From contig CAXXMD010000003.1 of NCBI GenBank assembly GCA_963675755.2, forward strand, positions 3,104,001 through 3,168,000: a stretch of DNA of 64,000 bases. The letters are read 5' to 3'. The notes beneath the pieces are model-generated. The model was not told the DNA's origin. It worked only from the letters and a program-made list of their open reading frames with translations, and did no database searches. The position numbers and the translations under genes were made by a program. Positions 43,256 to 53,700 of the stretch are shown piece by piece. This stretch comes from a bacterium. GTDB lineage: Bacteria; Zhuqueibacterota; Zhuqueibacteria; Residuimicrobiales; Krinioviventaceae. The number at the start of each line of letters is the position of its first letter. Within the stretch, counting starts at the first letter, position 1.

Positions 43256-45133
43256 TTGTTACGGCGTTGGGATGCGGTTATTGTTGTTATATTGACTATG
43301 GTATTTACAGTATTGTACGCAAGTACTCCTGCTGAAGATTATGATAAAGTACAATCACGGCTGGCAAAAGGATGGAACACCTGGAACACGCACAGCTTAT
43401 TGTCGCATGTTTTGTTACCACAAGGTTTAGCTGTAAATATTGGGTTGAAATATTCCGGGATTGAAGGTGACTCTTTTTTAAATTCCCCCCTTGTAGAACA
43501 GGAAAAAGAAAGTGCAAATATTCAATTCGGTCCGCATGCCTGGGACGCAAGTTATACTGAACTGATTGTCGAATGGCAGGGTGCACGTATCAAGGTGCAG
43601 AGTGCCATTGACAACCGGGATTGGTATATATTACTCACTCCCGAAAAAAAGGCTGACAGACCTTTGCTTGCTTATGCAGAGACAGGTATGCTTTGGAACC
43701 ATTCCGGTTCAGTTGCATTTGTAGGAGATCATGTTGAAGCGGTTTTTCCGGATTCTTTGGTAAATATATATGCATCCGGGCAACTGGTTTCTGATGCAGG
43801 TTTGCCGGTTTTATCTCCCTATTTGGCAATGCGTTTGGATAATGCTGTTGGTTTTTGTACTGGTGCACGTAAAAGTATATCTGAAATACAATCTGTTATA
43901 AACCAGAAAGAAATGGATCTGAATGCTAAAGTCCAGAAATATGGAAATTCGGCAGAAGCATATCTTGCAATGCAAAGCGTTGTTGCCTGGAATACCATTT
44001 ATGACGCGGGTAATAAAAGAATCTTTACCACTCCTGACCGGCTGCAAAACAAGATTAATGGTGGTTGGGCACTGAACACAACGGATGTTTTTTATTCTGC
44101 TTTTATGACATTACCGGATCATAAAGACCTGGCTTTGGCAAATATTGTAGAAGTATTGGGTGAAAAAACTGAATTGGGATTTGTACCCGCAACTATATGT
44201 GCCAATGGAAAAACCACACTTGACCGTTCGGCATTGCCGCTTGCATCAACAGCAGCATTGAAGTATTTTAAAAAATATAATGAAAAGTGGCTTTTAGAGC
44301 TGGTTTTTGAAGATCTTTTAACCTGGAATCGCTGGTGGGATATTTATAGAAATTATGATGGACTGCTGTGTTGGGGCTCTAATCCCTATTCCGATCCTTT
44401 TAATGATCCTGCTAGAGGTAACTTGCGGGCTGCTATTTTAGAATCCGGTACAGTTAATTCTCCCATGTACGATCTGGTTCCTTTTAATGACAAAACGCAA
44501 TTGATGGAATTGTGGGATGTTGGTTTGAACAGTCTGTATGTGATGGATTGTAAAGCGTTGGCGGAAATTGCAGTAACACTAGGCAAGACATCTGAAGAGC
44601 GCGAGCTCCGTATGCGTGGGGAACAATATGCTGATAATATTGAAAGATTATGGGATGATAAAGCCGGCTTGTATGTAAATGTTCGTACTGATACGGATGA
44701 AAAGAGTTCCCGGATTTCTCCAACATCCTTTTACCCTTTGATTGCAAAAATTCCAGATGAAGCACGTGCAAAAAAGATGGTTGAAACCCATTTGCTTGAT
44801 CCTCAAAAATTTTGGGGTAATTGGATCGTTCCATCAATCTCTAAAACGGACCAGGCATATAAAGATAATAATTACTGGCGTGGAAGAATTGTTGCCCCCG
44901 TAAATTTCTTTTTATATCTGGGGCTGAATAATTATGATATGGCCCAGAGTAAGACCGAATTGGCAGAGAAATCACAAGCTTTGCTGATTAATGGATGGTC
45001 TGAAAACGGTTGTATATGTGAAAATTTTAATGCTGAAACCGGTATGGGTAACGATATAGAATACAATAAAAGATTTAATCTGCGCAGTGGTTTGCTGGGG
45101 TTGATTTCACTCATGAATGCCGGACAATTTTAA
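43256..45133 (+). CDS. Secreted MGH1/GH63-like (alpha/alpha)6 glycosidase homologue with degenerate motifs
   Basis: GWNTW, AWNTIYD, ESG..NSPMYD, DVGLNSLY, YWRGRI and EN(F/Y) motifs. Confidence 0.8.
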   Translation: MLRRWDAVIVVILTMVFTVLYASTPAEDYDKVQSRLAKGWNTWNTHSLLSHVLLPQGLAVNIGLKYSGIEGDSFLNSPLVEQEKESANIQFGPHAWDASYTELIVEWQGARIKVQSAIDNRDWYILLTPEKKADRPLLAYAETGMLWNHSGSVAFVGDHVEAVFPDSLVNIYASGQLVSDAGLPVLSPYLAMRLDNAVGFCTGARKSISEIQSVINQKEMDLNAKVQKYGNSAEAYLAMQSVVAWNTIYDAGNKRIFTTPDRLQNKINGGWALNTTDVFYSAFMTLPDHKDLALANIVEVLGEKTELGFVPATICANGKTTLDRSALPLASTAALKYFKKYNEKWLLELVFEDLLTWNRWWDIYRNYDGLLCWGSNPYSDPFNDPARGNLRAAILESGTVNSPMYDLVPFNDKTQLMELWDVGLNSLYVMDCKALAEIAVTLGKTSEERELRMRGEQYADNIERLWDDKAGLYVNVRTDTDEKSSRISPTSFYPLIAKIPDEARAKKMVETHLLDPQKFWGNWIVPSISKTDQAYKDNNYWRGRIVAPVNFFLYLGLNNYDMAQSKTELAEKSQALLINGWSENGCICENFNAETGMGNDIEYNKRFNLRSGLLGLISLMNAGQF

Positions 45134-45175
45134 TATTAAATGACGGTATTTTTATTTTCACACCATAGAATTTCA

Positions 45176-45204
45176 TGTAAACAAAGAGTATAATTGATTC
45201 GTCT
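45176..45204 (+). promoter_or_regulatory. Putative ECF-sigma promoter (autoregulatory)
   Basis: TGTAAAC-N17-CGTCT just upstream of the ECF gene; fits the AAC/CGT ECF consensus. Confidence 0.55.
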
Positions 45205-45254
45205 TATTATTGAGTAGTGTTCAATACATGACGAGGTTATGTGCAGGATATTGA

Positions 45255-45815
45255 ATGGCGGACAAGGATAAGCGACTTGTAAAACAGGCACAAAATGGAG
45301 ACCGGTCCGCCTTTGGATTGCTGGTTAAGCGGTATCGTATGCAGGTACTCTATCTTGCATTTGATATTGTTGGCAATTACGATGATGCACAGGATGTAGC
45401 ACAGGAAACATTTATTCGGGCATTTACGCGGCTGCATCAATATGAAGATCGTGCCAAGTTTTCAACCTGGTTGTACCGGATAACTGTTAACCTGGCGTTG
45501 GATACGCATCGTAAAAAAAAGCGCAGTCGTCAAGACGCACTTGACACCCGGGTTCGTGAAGTAGAGGCCTTGAGTATACGTGAAGAGTTTGAAGGTGCTC
45601 ATCCGGATGAACGTGTTGAACAAAATGAGCTCAGAAAAGTTCTGGAGGATGGATTAGATAAATTGACAGAGAACCAAAGAACTGCAACTGTGTTAAAGTA
45701 TTTTCATCAAAAATCATCCAAAGAAATTGCCGAGATTATGGGTTGCGCTGAAAGTACTGTTAGAATACACATTTACAGAGCTTTGCAGAATTTAAAAAAT
45801 ACGATCAATTATTAA
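45255..45815 (+). CDS. ECF RNA polymerase sigma factor
   Basis: DAQDVAQETFIRA, FSTWLYRI and EIAEIMG...STVR motifs. Confidence 0.95.
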   Translation: MADKDKRLVKQAQNGDRSAFGLLVKRYRMQVLYLAFDIVGNYDDAQDVAQETFIRAFTRLHQYEDRAKFSTWLYRITVNLALDTHRKKKRSRQDALDTRVREVEALSIREEFEGAHPDERVEQNELRKVLEDGLDKLTENQRTATVLKYFHQKSSKEIAEIMGCAESTVRIHIYRALQNLKNTINY

Positions 45816-45835
45816 GATAATTAGAGAAGATTATC

Positions 45836-46627
45836 ATGAGCACAAAATGTAAATACAGTCACCTGCTGCCCTTGTTTCTTGATGGAGGCATGTCTAACAG
45901 CGAGCATGATGACTTTACATCTCATTTGGATGAATGTAAAGATTGCTCAGAGAGTTTAAACGGTTTGACCAGTATTGAACAGATGCTTGAACAATATAAT
46001 CGACAAGAGCCTTTAGTGGAAATTCTTTACGCATATCAAACCCGCTTAGCTAAACATTTTCCAATAACCAATAGATTTGTAGCTGCCTGGCGGCGAATTT
46101 CAAACAGTTGGAATTGGATATGGGATTATCATCCCCGGATGATGACAATTGCCCGAGCTTCCGCATTTGTTTTTATTGGTGTTTTAATTGGAAGATTTGT
46201 ATTTTATACACCGGTAAATGAACCGGAAATGTTGGCATCAAATGCTGAGATTATGATCCTGGCTCCGGATTCCAAAGATGTACATCTGGTGAATGAATTT
46301 TTTACACAGTCAGAGATTTTACTGCTTGCAATTAAACATACGGATGAGAATTCTTCCGCGCAGCAGACCAGTGATTTGAAATTTGAAAAACAGCTTGCAC
46401 AGAATTTATTGTTCAAATCTCAACAGTTACAGGAAAATATGATTGTGCTGCAAGATCAAGAGCTGAAAGCCTTTTTGGAAAAACTTGAATTGGTCTTGCT
46501 GGAAATATCAAATACTGAAGATTCTGAAATACGTTATATATTTACCGAGTTGAAAAAGATTATAAACAATACCAAAATGGTAAACCAGTCTAAACAGATC
46601 CAAAAGAAAATAGAGAAATTGATCTGA
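45836..46627 (+). CDS. Anti-sigma factor with zf-HC2 (ZAS) motif and one TM
   Basis: HLDECKDC (Hx3Cx2C); central TM; follows ECF sigma. Confidence 0.85.
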   Translation: MSTKCKYSHLLPLFLDGGMSNSEHDDFTSHLDECKDCSESLNGLTSIEQMLEQYNRQEPLVEILYAYQTRLAKHFPITNRFVAAWRRISNSWNWIWDYHPRMMTIARASAFVFIGVLIGRFVFYTPVNEPEMLASNAEIMILAPDSKDVHLVNEFFTQSEILLLAIKHTDENSSAQQTSDLKFEKQLAQNLLFKSQQLQENMIVLQDQELKAFLEKLELVLLEISNTEDSEIRYIFTELKKIINNTKMVNQSKQIQKKIEKLI

Positions 46628-46671
46628 TAGTAGTATACAGGCTTGATAAAAAAAAAGTCTTTGAGGTCTTT

Positions 46672-48240
46672 ATGAAAATACAATCCGTTCGTTTCATCCT
46701 TGTTCTAACGGCCCTGATTTTTATTTCTGATTTGTTTGGGAATACGGGGGATGCGGTCCAGGATTTGTACTTTAATGCCAAGACCCGAACCATGGAGCAG
46801 AACTGGGATCAGGCTATTCAGCTGTATAGCGAGATTATAAAACAATATCCTGACAGCAGATATTTTGATGAATCACGGTTCTGGATAGGGTATTGTTATG
46901 AAAAAAAAGAGGGGGGACTTGAAAAAGCATTTACAGCATTCAATGAGCTGGTAAGTGCAAATAAGAGCAGTTCATGGGCCGATGATGCCCTTATGCATCA
47001 GATCTATATTTCTGAAAAGTTGTTTCATTCTGAAAATCCGGAATATCGTAATTTTTTGATTGGTAAACTCTCTGATCCGCAAATTAATGTGAGAAACCAG
47101 GCTGCTCTGGCGCTAGCCAGAAACGGACACAAGAGCGCGTTGCCGGTTTTAAAGGACATCCCAAAAGATGAAGATTCTTTTGAAGAAGCCCAGATATTGA
47201 TCAGAGAGATTGAGAAAAATGCAGGACAGGAATCTGGTGTTGCCGCTACTGTGCGCGATGAGCTGGTTATTGATCAGGAAGCCCCGAATCCCAGTGTTTC
47301 GTTAAAAGCAGATGGCCACCGTATTGGTTACTTTGCCAAACAACGGTTTGCCCAGTATCAGAATTTAACTAAAACTGAGGATGTTTGGTCTCAGGAAGAA
47401 TTGATCGATTTTGGCTTGTGGCATATATTACGTGCAGATATTTTTGATTATTATATCATGTTAGACAGTGCGGGTAAAGAAAAGTTTATGCGTAAACTCT
47501 GGCTTACTAATGATCCTACTCCCACAACGACATTAAATGAAGCTCAACAGGAATTTTACAGACGAATTAAATATGCACGTGATCATTATTCCTATTTTGA
47601 TAATCTACCCGGGCATTATTACGCACCCTGGGATGCCAGGGGAGAAGTATATATTAAGTATGGAACACCCCATTCCATCAAGATCCGGGGTATGGAAGAG
47701 TTGTGGTATTATCCTGAACATAATCATCTTCAATTTATGGTACGTCGCTATGTAACCAATATATTTGGGCGGGCCATATTTACTCGCTATGGAACGCGAT
47801 GGGGAATGTGGGCCGATCCGCAAAAGATTGATCCTGAATCTTTTGAATTGATTTACAAGCCAGTGTTTGTTTATAAATTTGAAGGTCCTTTTAAAGAATT
47901 GGAAGATTTGGAAACCACAGTCAAGATGGATGGTGGGTATCCTACCTTGCATTATTCAATACCGGCAAAATCATTTAAAATTCAAAAGGATGATTCCGGT
48001 TATTACATTGATTATACTGAAAGATATGCTATTTACAACAGTGAATACTTGCAGGTTAAAACAGAAGAAACGCCCAAGCGCCTTACAGGTACCAAATCTG
48101 AATTGAAAAATATGACTATTGAACAGGATGTTAAGATGGAACTTGGCCCCGGAGATTATTTTATGGGTATTCGTCTTGAAGATAAAGCTGCAAAAAAACG
48201 TGCTGTGAGCAAGATGAATTTTAAAGTGAAAAATTTTTAG
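46672..48240 (+). CDS. Secreted TPR/HEAT protein with a GWxTD-like domain
   Basis: TPR helices (YPDSRYFDE); HEAT-like VRNQAALAL; DPTP.T.LNE...F..RI.YA...W.ARGEVYIKYG.P. Confidence 0.75.
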   Translation: MKIQSVRFILVLTALIFISDLFGNTGDAVQDLYFNAKTRTMEQNWDQAIQLYSEIIKQYPDSRYFDESRFWIGYCYEKKEGGLEKAFTAFNELVSANKSSSWADDALMHQIYISEKLFHSENPEYRNFLIGKLSDPQINVRNQAALALARNGHKSALPVLKDIPKDEDSFEEAQILIREIEKNAGQESGVAATVRDELVIDQEAPNPSVSLKADGHRIGYFAKQRFAQYQNLTKTEDVWSQEELIDFGLWHILRADIFDYYIMLDSAGKEKFMRKLWLTNDPTPTTTLNEAQQEFYRRIKYARDHYSYFDNLPGHYYAPWDARGEVYIKYGTPHSIKIRGMEELWYYPEHNHLQFMVRRYVTNIFGRAIFTRYGTRWGMWADPQKIDPESFELIYKPVFVYKFEGPFKELEDLETTVKMDGGYPTLHYSIPAKSFKIQKDDSGYYIDYTERYAIYNSEYLQVKTEETPKRLTGTKSELKNMTIEQDVKMELGPGDYFMGIRLEDKAAKKRAVSKMNFKVKNF

Positions 48241-48316
48241 GAACTTGTTTGTATTTATCTAGTTAAAACACCATAGCTGGAAACGCAGGTATGCGTTGAC
48301 TTGCTCTCCTTCCCTG

Positions 48317-48343
48317 AGCCCCGGATAAACCGGGGCTTTTTTT
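48317..48343 (+). terminator. Intrinsic terminator
   Basis: AGCCCCGG-ataaa-CCGGGGCT plus T run. Confidence 0.85.
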
Positions 48344-48346
48344 ATA

Positions 48347-49459
48347 TCAAGACATTTCTAAAAGTGTATGATACAAGTGGTGAAGTAAAAGGCGATTGTC
48401 CAGAGAAGCATAAGTAACCCTGCCACCCATTCTGTAAAAAGATTTTAAAAAGCGTAGATAATAATCCGGAGAGCTCTTGGGTGGTTCACCCTGTGACCAG
48501 TCCCATACAGATGCCTGAAGATCGTTAATAATAATTTCATGGTTTTGTACAATTTTGCCTTCACGTAACAGGATATTGTTTGCAAAAGATACTGCTTTTT
48601 CAAATACCTGAGGTGCCATAATAGCAGAACCAATTGATAAAAATACACCATTTGAAAGGTTTTTTACAGAATGTACAAAACTGCCATAATCCAGATGGGA
48701 ACCGCGTCCCAGGGCCGCACCATTAGCAAAGGGATTGTTGTATATAATATCATACCCAATTCCGGGATGTACAGTTACAGGTACGTTTAATCGATACGCA
48801 TTACCAAAAATTGAAAAAGCCTTATTCGGATGCAATACCGACTCTTTGCCTCCTGACATTTTAAATGTTTTTAATGTATTGTACAATTCTGCTTTTGCAG
48901 GGAGCAATTCATCGTTATTGTCTATGGCCTTGCGAAGGTCTGCTTCCAGTTCTTCTATTGTCGGCAGGTCAAGCGTGTCTTCCTGGATCAATTTACCAAG
49001 AGATTGACCATAGCCCATATTTTGTATTGCGCCAGCTTGAACTGCAAGGCTGATGTACTTGCCGGTTTCTTCCCATGTCCCAAAAGTACCGGTTTTAACA
49101 TTTGCCCTTACATCTTCTTCGGTTCTGCCAAAATATGCAAGTTCCCAATCATGTATGCTGCCTGCACCCTGTGTTGAAACGTGGGTAATCCATCCCTTTT
49201 CCATCAAACGTACAACAATATGTGAAGCACCATTTTTTACAAGATGGGCTCCATATGCCATCATAATAGATGCATTATTAGCTTTTGCTGATAGAATTTT
49301 TTCAGCAATAGGCATTACCAGTTCTTTAATTTCTTTATCGGGAGCCGGTGGGGTATCCGGATCAATAGTGATAGCTTTAATTTCTGATTTACTTTTTCTT
49401 TCTTTAACAGAAAGTACATTAATTTCTCGAGGTCCGATTTTGTCGTATGGCATTTTCAT
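48347..49459 (-). CDS. Conserved hypothetical protein, possibly deoxyhypusine-synthase-like fold
   Basis: GAHLVKNG, T.GAGSIHDWE, TVHPGIGYDII and GSAIMAPQVFEK segments recall DHS-like proteins. Confidence 0.55.
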   Translation of the reverse strand: MKMPYDKIGPREINVLSVKERKSKSEIKAITIDPDTPPAPDKEIKELVMPIAEKILSAKANNASIMMAYGAHLVKNGASHIVVRLMEKGWITHVSTQGAGSIHDWELAYFGRTEEDVRANVKTGTFGTWEETGKYISLAVQAGAIQNMGYGQSLGKLIQEDTLDLPTIEELEADLRKAIDNNDELLPAKAELYNTLKTFKMSGGKESVLHPNKAFSIFGNAYRLNVPVTVHPGIGYDIIYNNPFANGAALGRGSHLDYGSFVHSVKNLSNGVFLSIGSAIMAPQVFEKAVSFANNILLREGKIVQNHEIIINDLQASVWDWSQGEPPKSSPDYYLRFLKSFYRMGGRVTYASLDNRLLLHHLYHTLLEMS

Positions 49460-49601
49460 TCCTTTTTTGGTTATATGTGACTAAAATACTAAAAAAAATA
49501 ATAGAATCAAATATTGAATTTTGTATATTATTCTTGATGTTGTCATAAATTTTTATCATTATGTTATCTATCTGTAGGTTAAAATGTTTTGGAGGCTTTA
49601 A

Positions 49602-49904
49602 ATGATTAAGCATATAGTATTATGGCGTTTAAAAGATCAGGCCGAGGGTGCTGATAGTGCAGAGAATGCAAAAAAAATAGTACAGGCTTTGGGTACATTA
49701 AAATCAAAAATAAATGAAATTGTAGACCTTGAAGCGGGCATTAATTATAATGAGACCGCTGCCGCCTATGATGTTGCATTGTATTCTGTATTTAAAACCA
49801 AAGCTGATTTGGATATCTATCAAAAACACCCCGAACATGTGAACGTTGCGCAAATGGTAAGTAAGCTTGTTTCAGAACGTGCCGTCGTGGATTATGAAAT
49901 ATAA
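49602..49904 (+). CDS. Dabb (stress-responsive A/B barrel) protein
   Basis: MIKHIVLW, YQKHPEH and VVDY motifs. Confidence 0.9.
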   Translation: MIKHIVLWRLKDQAEGADSAENAKKIVQALGTLKSKINEIVDLEAGINYNETAAAYDVALYSVFKTKADLDIYQKHPEHVNVAQMVSKLVSERAVVDYEI

Positions 49905-49913
49905 AGGTTAATT

Positions 49914-50699
49914 ATGTTTAAAATTTTTCAGGTAGATTCGTTTACAGATAAAGCTTTTCATGGCAATCCTGCGGGAGTCTGTTTGTTGGATAAACTAATG
50001 GATTCCGATTGGATGCAAAATGTAGCAATGGAAATGAACTTGTCAGAAACCGCTTTTCTGTTAAAGGATACTGACAGCTACCGGTTGCGTTGGTTTACTC
50101 CTGCTATTGAAGTGGACTTGTGCGGGCATGCAACATTAGCCAGTGCGCATATTTTGTTTCAGGAAGAATTGGTAGCTCAGGACAGTGTCATCAATTTTCA
50201 AACCCGTAGTGGGTTACTTCAAGTTGTTAAGCAAGATGGCTGGCTAGAAATGGACTTTCCGGTTGATCCGGAAAAACCGGTTGAGGCCGCACCCATATTA
50301 CAACAGGGGATTGGTGGTCCATTACCTCTATACACCGGCAAGAGCAAACGATTTTATTTGTTTAGATTTAAAAGTGAAAAAGATATTTTAGAGTTAAAAC
50401 CTGATTTTAACATGCTTGCTGATATTCCTGACAGTGAAGTGATTGTTACAGCCGTTTCTGATAATCCTGAATATGATTTTGTGTCGCGATTCTTTGCACC
50501 CGGTATTGGTATTAATGAAGATCCGGTTACGGGTTCAGCACATTGCACATTGGGACCCTATTGGCAAAAAGAATTGGGCAAATCACAGTTGTCTGCGTTT
50601 CAGGCATCTAAAAGAGGTGGTTTGCTAAAGTTGGATGTTGGTAATGAGAGAATTAAAATTAAAGGACAAGCCGTTACTGTAATTCGCGGTACGATTTAA
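49914..50699 (+). CDS. PhzF-family isomerase
   Basis: VDSFT...GNPA, LSETAF, EVDLCGHATL and EDPVTGSAH motifs. Confidence 0.93.
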   Translation: MFKIFQVDSFTDKAFHGNPAGVCLLDKLMDSDWMQNVAMEMNLSETAFLLKDTDSYRLRWFTPAIEVDLCGHATLASAHILFQEELVAQDSVINFQTRSGLLQVVKQDGWLEMDFPVDPEKPVEAAPILQQGIGGPLPLYTGKSKRFYLFRFKSEKDILELKPDFNMLADIPDSEVIVTAVSDNPEYDFVSRFFAPGIGINEDPVTGSAHCTLGPYWQKELGKSQLSAFQASKRGGLLKLDVGNERIKIKGQAVTVIRGTI

Positions 50700-50767
50700 T
50701 TGTACTTTCAGATTTGTTACCGGGGGATTGATTTCTTTATAAAGCAATTGATTATTTGATTGAATTA

Positions 50768-53700
50768 TCAACTTTCAATCTGGGCTTTGAACGCAGAATC
50801 CAGCACATCTCTTATTGCTTTAGCAATGTTTGACATGGTTAGGGGTTTCAGAATAAATTCCCTTATACCAATTTGTTTAGCTTTTTCTTGTGTAACAGAT
50901 TCGCTATAGCCCGTACACATGATGATGGGGATATCTGGTCTGATATTGAGCAGTTTTTTTGACAATTCAGTACCCGTTAAATGAGGCATAGTATGGTCTG
51001 TAATAACCAGATTGAATTCATCTGGATTTTGCTGAAACATTTCCAATGCTTTTTCACTCTCTGTAAATGTAGTTACAACATACCCCAAACTTTCAAGGAT
51101 TTGTTGATATAAAAGAACAATTTCTACTTCATCATCTACAAACAGGATATGTTCATTACCTTTAGGTATTTTGTCTGAAATTTTATTGTTAAATTTTTCA
51201 GCTTTTTCTGTGTGTTGGGGAAAATAGATTTCAAAAGTTGTACCTACCTGAGGTGTACTGTTTACCTTGATGTCTCCACCATGGCTTAATACAATACCGT
51301 GAACAGCAGACAACCCGAGCCCGGTACCTTCACCCACTTTTTTAGTAGTAAAAAATGGCTCAAAAATACGTGTAATTATGGTTTCATCCATACCTTTACC
51401 CGTATCAGAAACTCGTAGTGATACGTATGGCCTGTTCGCTAGTAAATGACTAAACTTGGCTGCTTCATCTTTGTCGAATATTTTATTTGATAAATGAATG
51501 CCCAATGTTCCGCCATTTTCACGCATTGCGTGAAATGCGTTTGTACACAGATTCATGATAACCTGGTGTATCTGTGTGGGATCAGCCAGCAAGGAACCTG
51601 TATCTTTATCAATTTTTACATCAATTTCTATAGTGCTTGGTAATGATGATCTCAAAAGGCGTAAAGCTTCATTGACCAGATTTTTAATATTTACTGATTC
51701 CAGGCCTTTTTGTTCTTGTCTGCTAAATGTTAAGATTTGCTGAACAAGATCTTTGGCTCGCTTGGATGCTTTTAATATCTTTTCCAGGTTTGATTTTAAT
51801 ATGTCGTTGCTTGTAACGAGATCTATAGACATTTCCGCATACCCAATAATAGGTACCAGGATGTTGTTAAAATCATGTGCAATGCCGCCAGCCAGAGTGC
51901 CAATTGTCTCCATTTTTTGGGCATGTCTTAACTGGGCTTCCATAATTTTTCGTTTTTCTTCTGCTACTACAAGGTCTGTAATATCTAAAACTGCACCAAT
52001 GGATCCGCTGAATTCTCCTTCATCATTATACATAGGAGATGATGAAATTCGAAAATATCTTTTCTCACCCAATGGATGAAGATAATTGAGTTCATAAGTT
52101 GTATTCAGGCCTTTTTTCTTTTTCTTTGTTTCGTCCACAATGGTTTTATGTGTGCTTGGTGGAAAAATATCCAAAAGGCTTTTGGTTAAAAGCTCTTCAA
52201 CCGGGTACCCCAGTAATTCTGCATAAGCATTATTGAGATATATGAAATTTTCATGTTCATCAACAATGCCAATACCTTCCTGAACGCCATTTAATACATT
52301 ATCAAGAAATATTTTTTGTTCACGTAATTCATGTTCTATACGTTTTCTTTCTTTTATTTCTGATTCAAGGTTGTTATTAAACGACATTAATTCTGCATTT
52401 CTTTTCTTTATCGAGCGGGTTTGCAATATGTACATACCCATAATAATGGACACTACAAAGGTTGAAAATAAAATTCTGAACCAGAGGGTCATCCAGAATG
52501 GGGGATACATGATAACCAGAATACTGGTGCCTTTATCATTCCATATTCCATCATTGTTGGATGCTTTAACATGAAATGTATAGTGGCCTGGATTCAAATT
52601 GGTATATGTTGCAAATCTTCTGTTTCCGGAATAGATCCAATCTTCATCTACTCCTTCCATTTTATAAGCATATTGGTTTTTATCAGATGCAAAATAGTTC
52701 AAAGCTGCAAATTCAAAAGAAATGATCTTGTCATGATGTGATAATTGGATTGTGTCTGCTGAAGTAATGGTGTGATCAAGTACTTTTTTGTTATATCGAA
52801 TTTCTTTATGATCAATGGATTCATTCAGAATTTGAAAATCAGTAAACACAACAGGAGGTATAAAATCATTTTTCTTGATTTTTGATGGGGAGAACCAGAT
52901 CAAACCACCAATTGAACCATAATAAAGATCACCATTGTCGCTTTTAAAATGTGCACCTGTGTTGAATTCGTCATTTATTAAACCTTCCGTATGGGTATAA
53001 TGTACCATATCGTAAGTAATTGGATTTAATTTGATCAATCCTTTGTTTGTACCGATCCATAGATTGTTTAATTCATCCTGTTCAATACCATGAATAGCCT
53101 CTGTTCCTGTTTGATTATTTTCAAGAACAGTGATAAAAGAATCTTTATCCGGATTGTATTTTAATAGCCCTCCACCCCAGGTACATATCCAAATATTATT
53201 TGAATTATCCTTAAACAGGGACAAAATATACTCATTTTGTAAACTGTTTTTATCATTTGGATTATGTTTATAGTTTCGAAAGGTATCATTTTTATAATTA
53301 TATCTGCTGATACCTCCACCCAAAGTACCGATCCAGAGTTCACCACTATCAGACTCTATTATTGTACCCACTCTATCATACACCAGACTATTGGGATCTT
53401 GCGGATTGTGATAGAAATGAGTGAATTTTTGGCTCTTTCTGTTGAATTTGTTTAGTCCTTTTTCAGTACCTACCCAAAAGTTAAGGTTAGAATCTTCATA
53501 GATTGAATAAACACGATCATGTGATATGCTGTTTGGATTTGAATCTTTATGCCGAAATGTAGTAAACGTTTCATTTCTGGGATTGTATTTGTTTAAACCT
53601 CCGGCACCTGTTCCTAGCCATATTTGACCTTGTTTATCTTCAAAGACCTTCATAACCTGATTGTCGCTAATTGAGCCAGGTTTTTCAGGATCATATTGGT

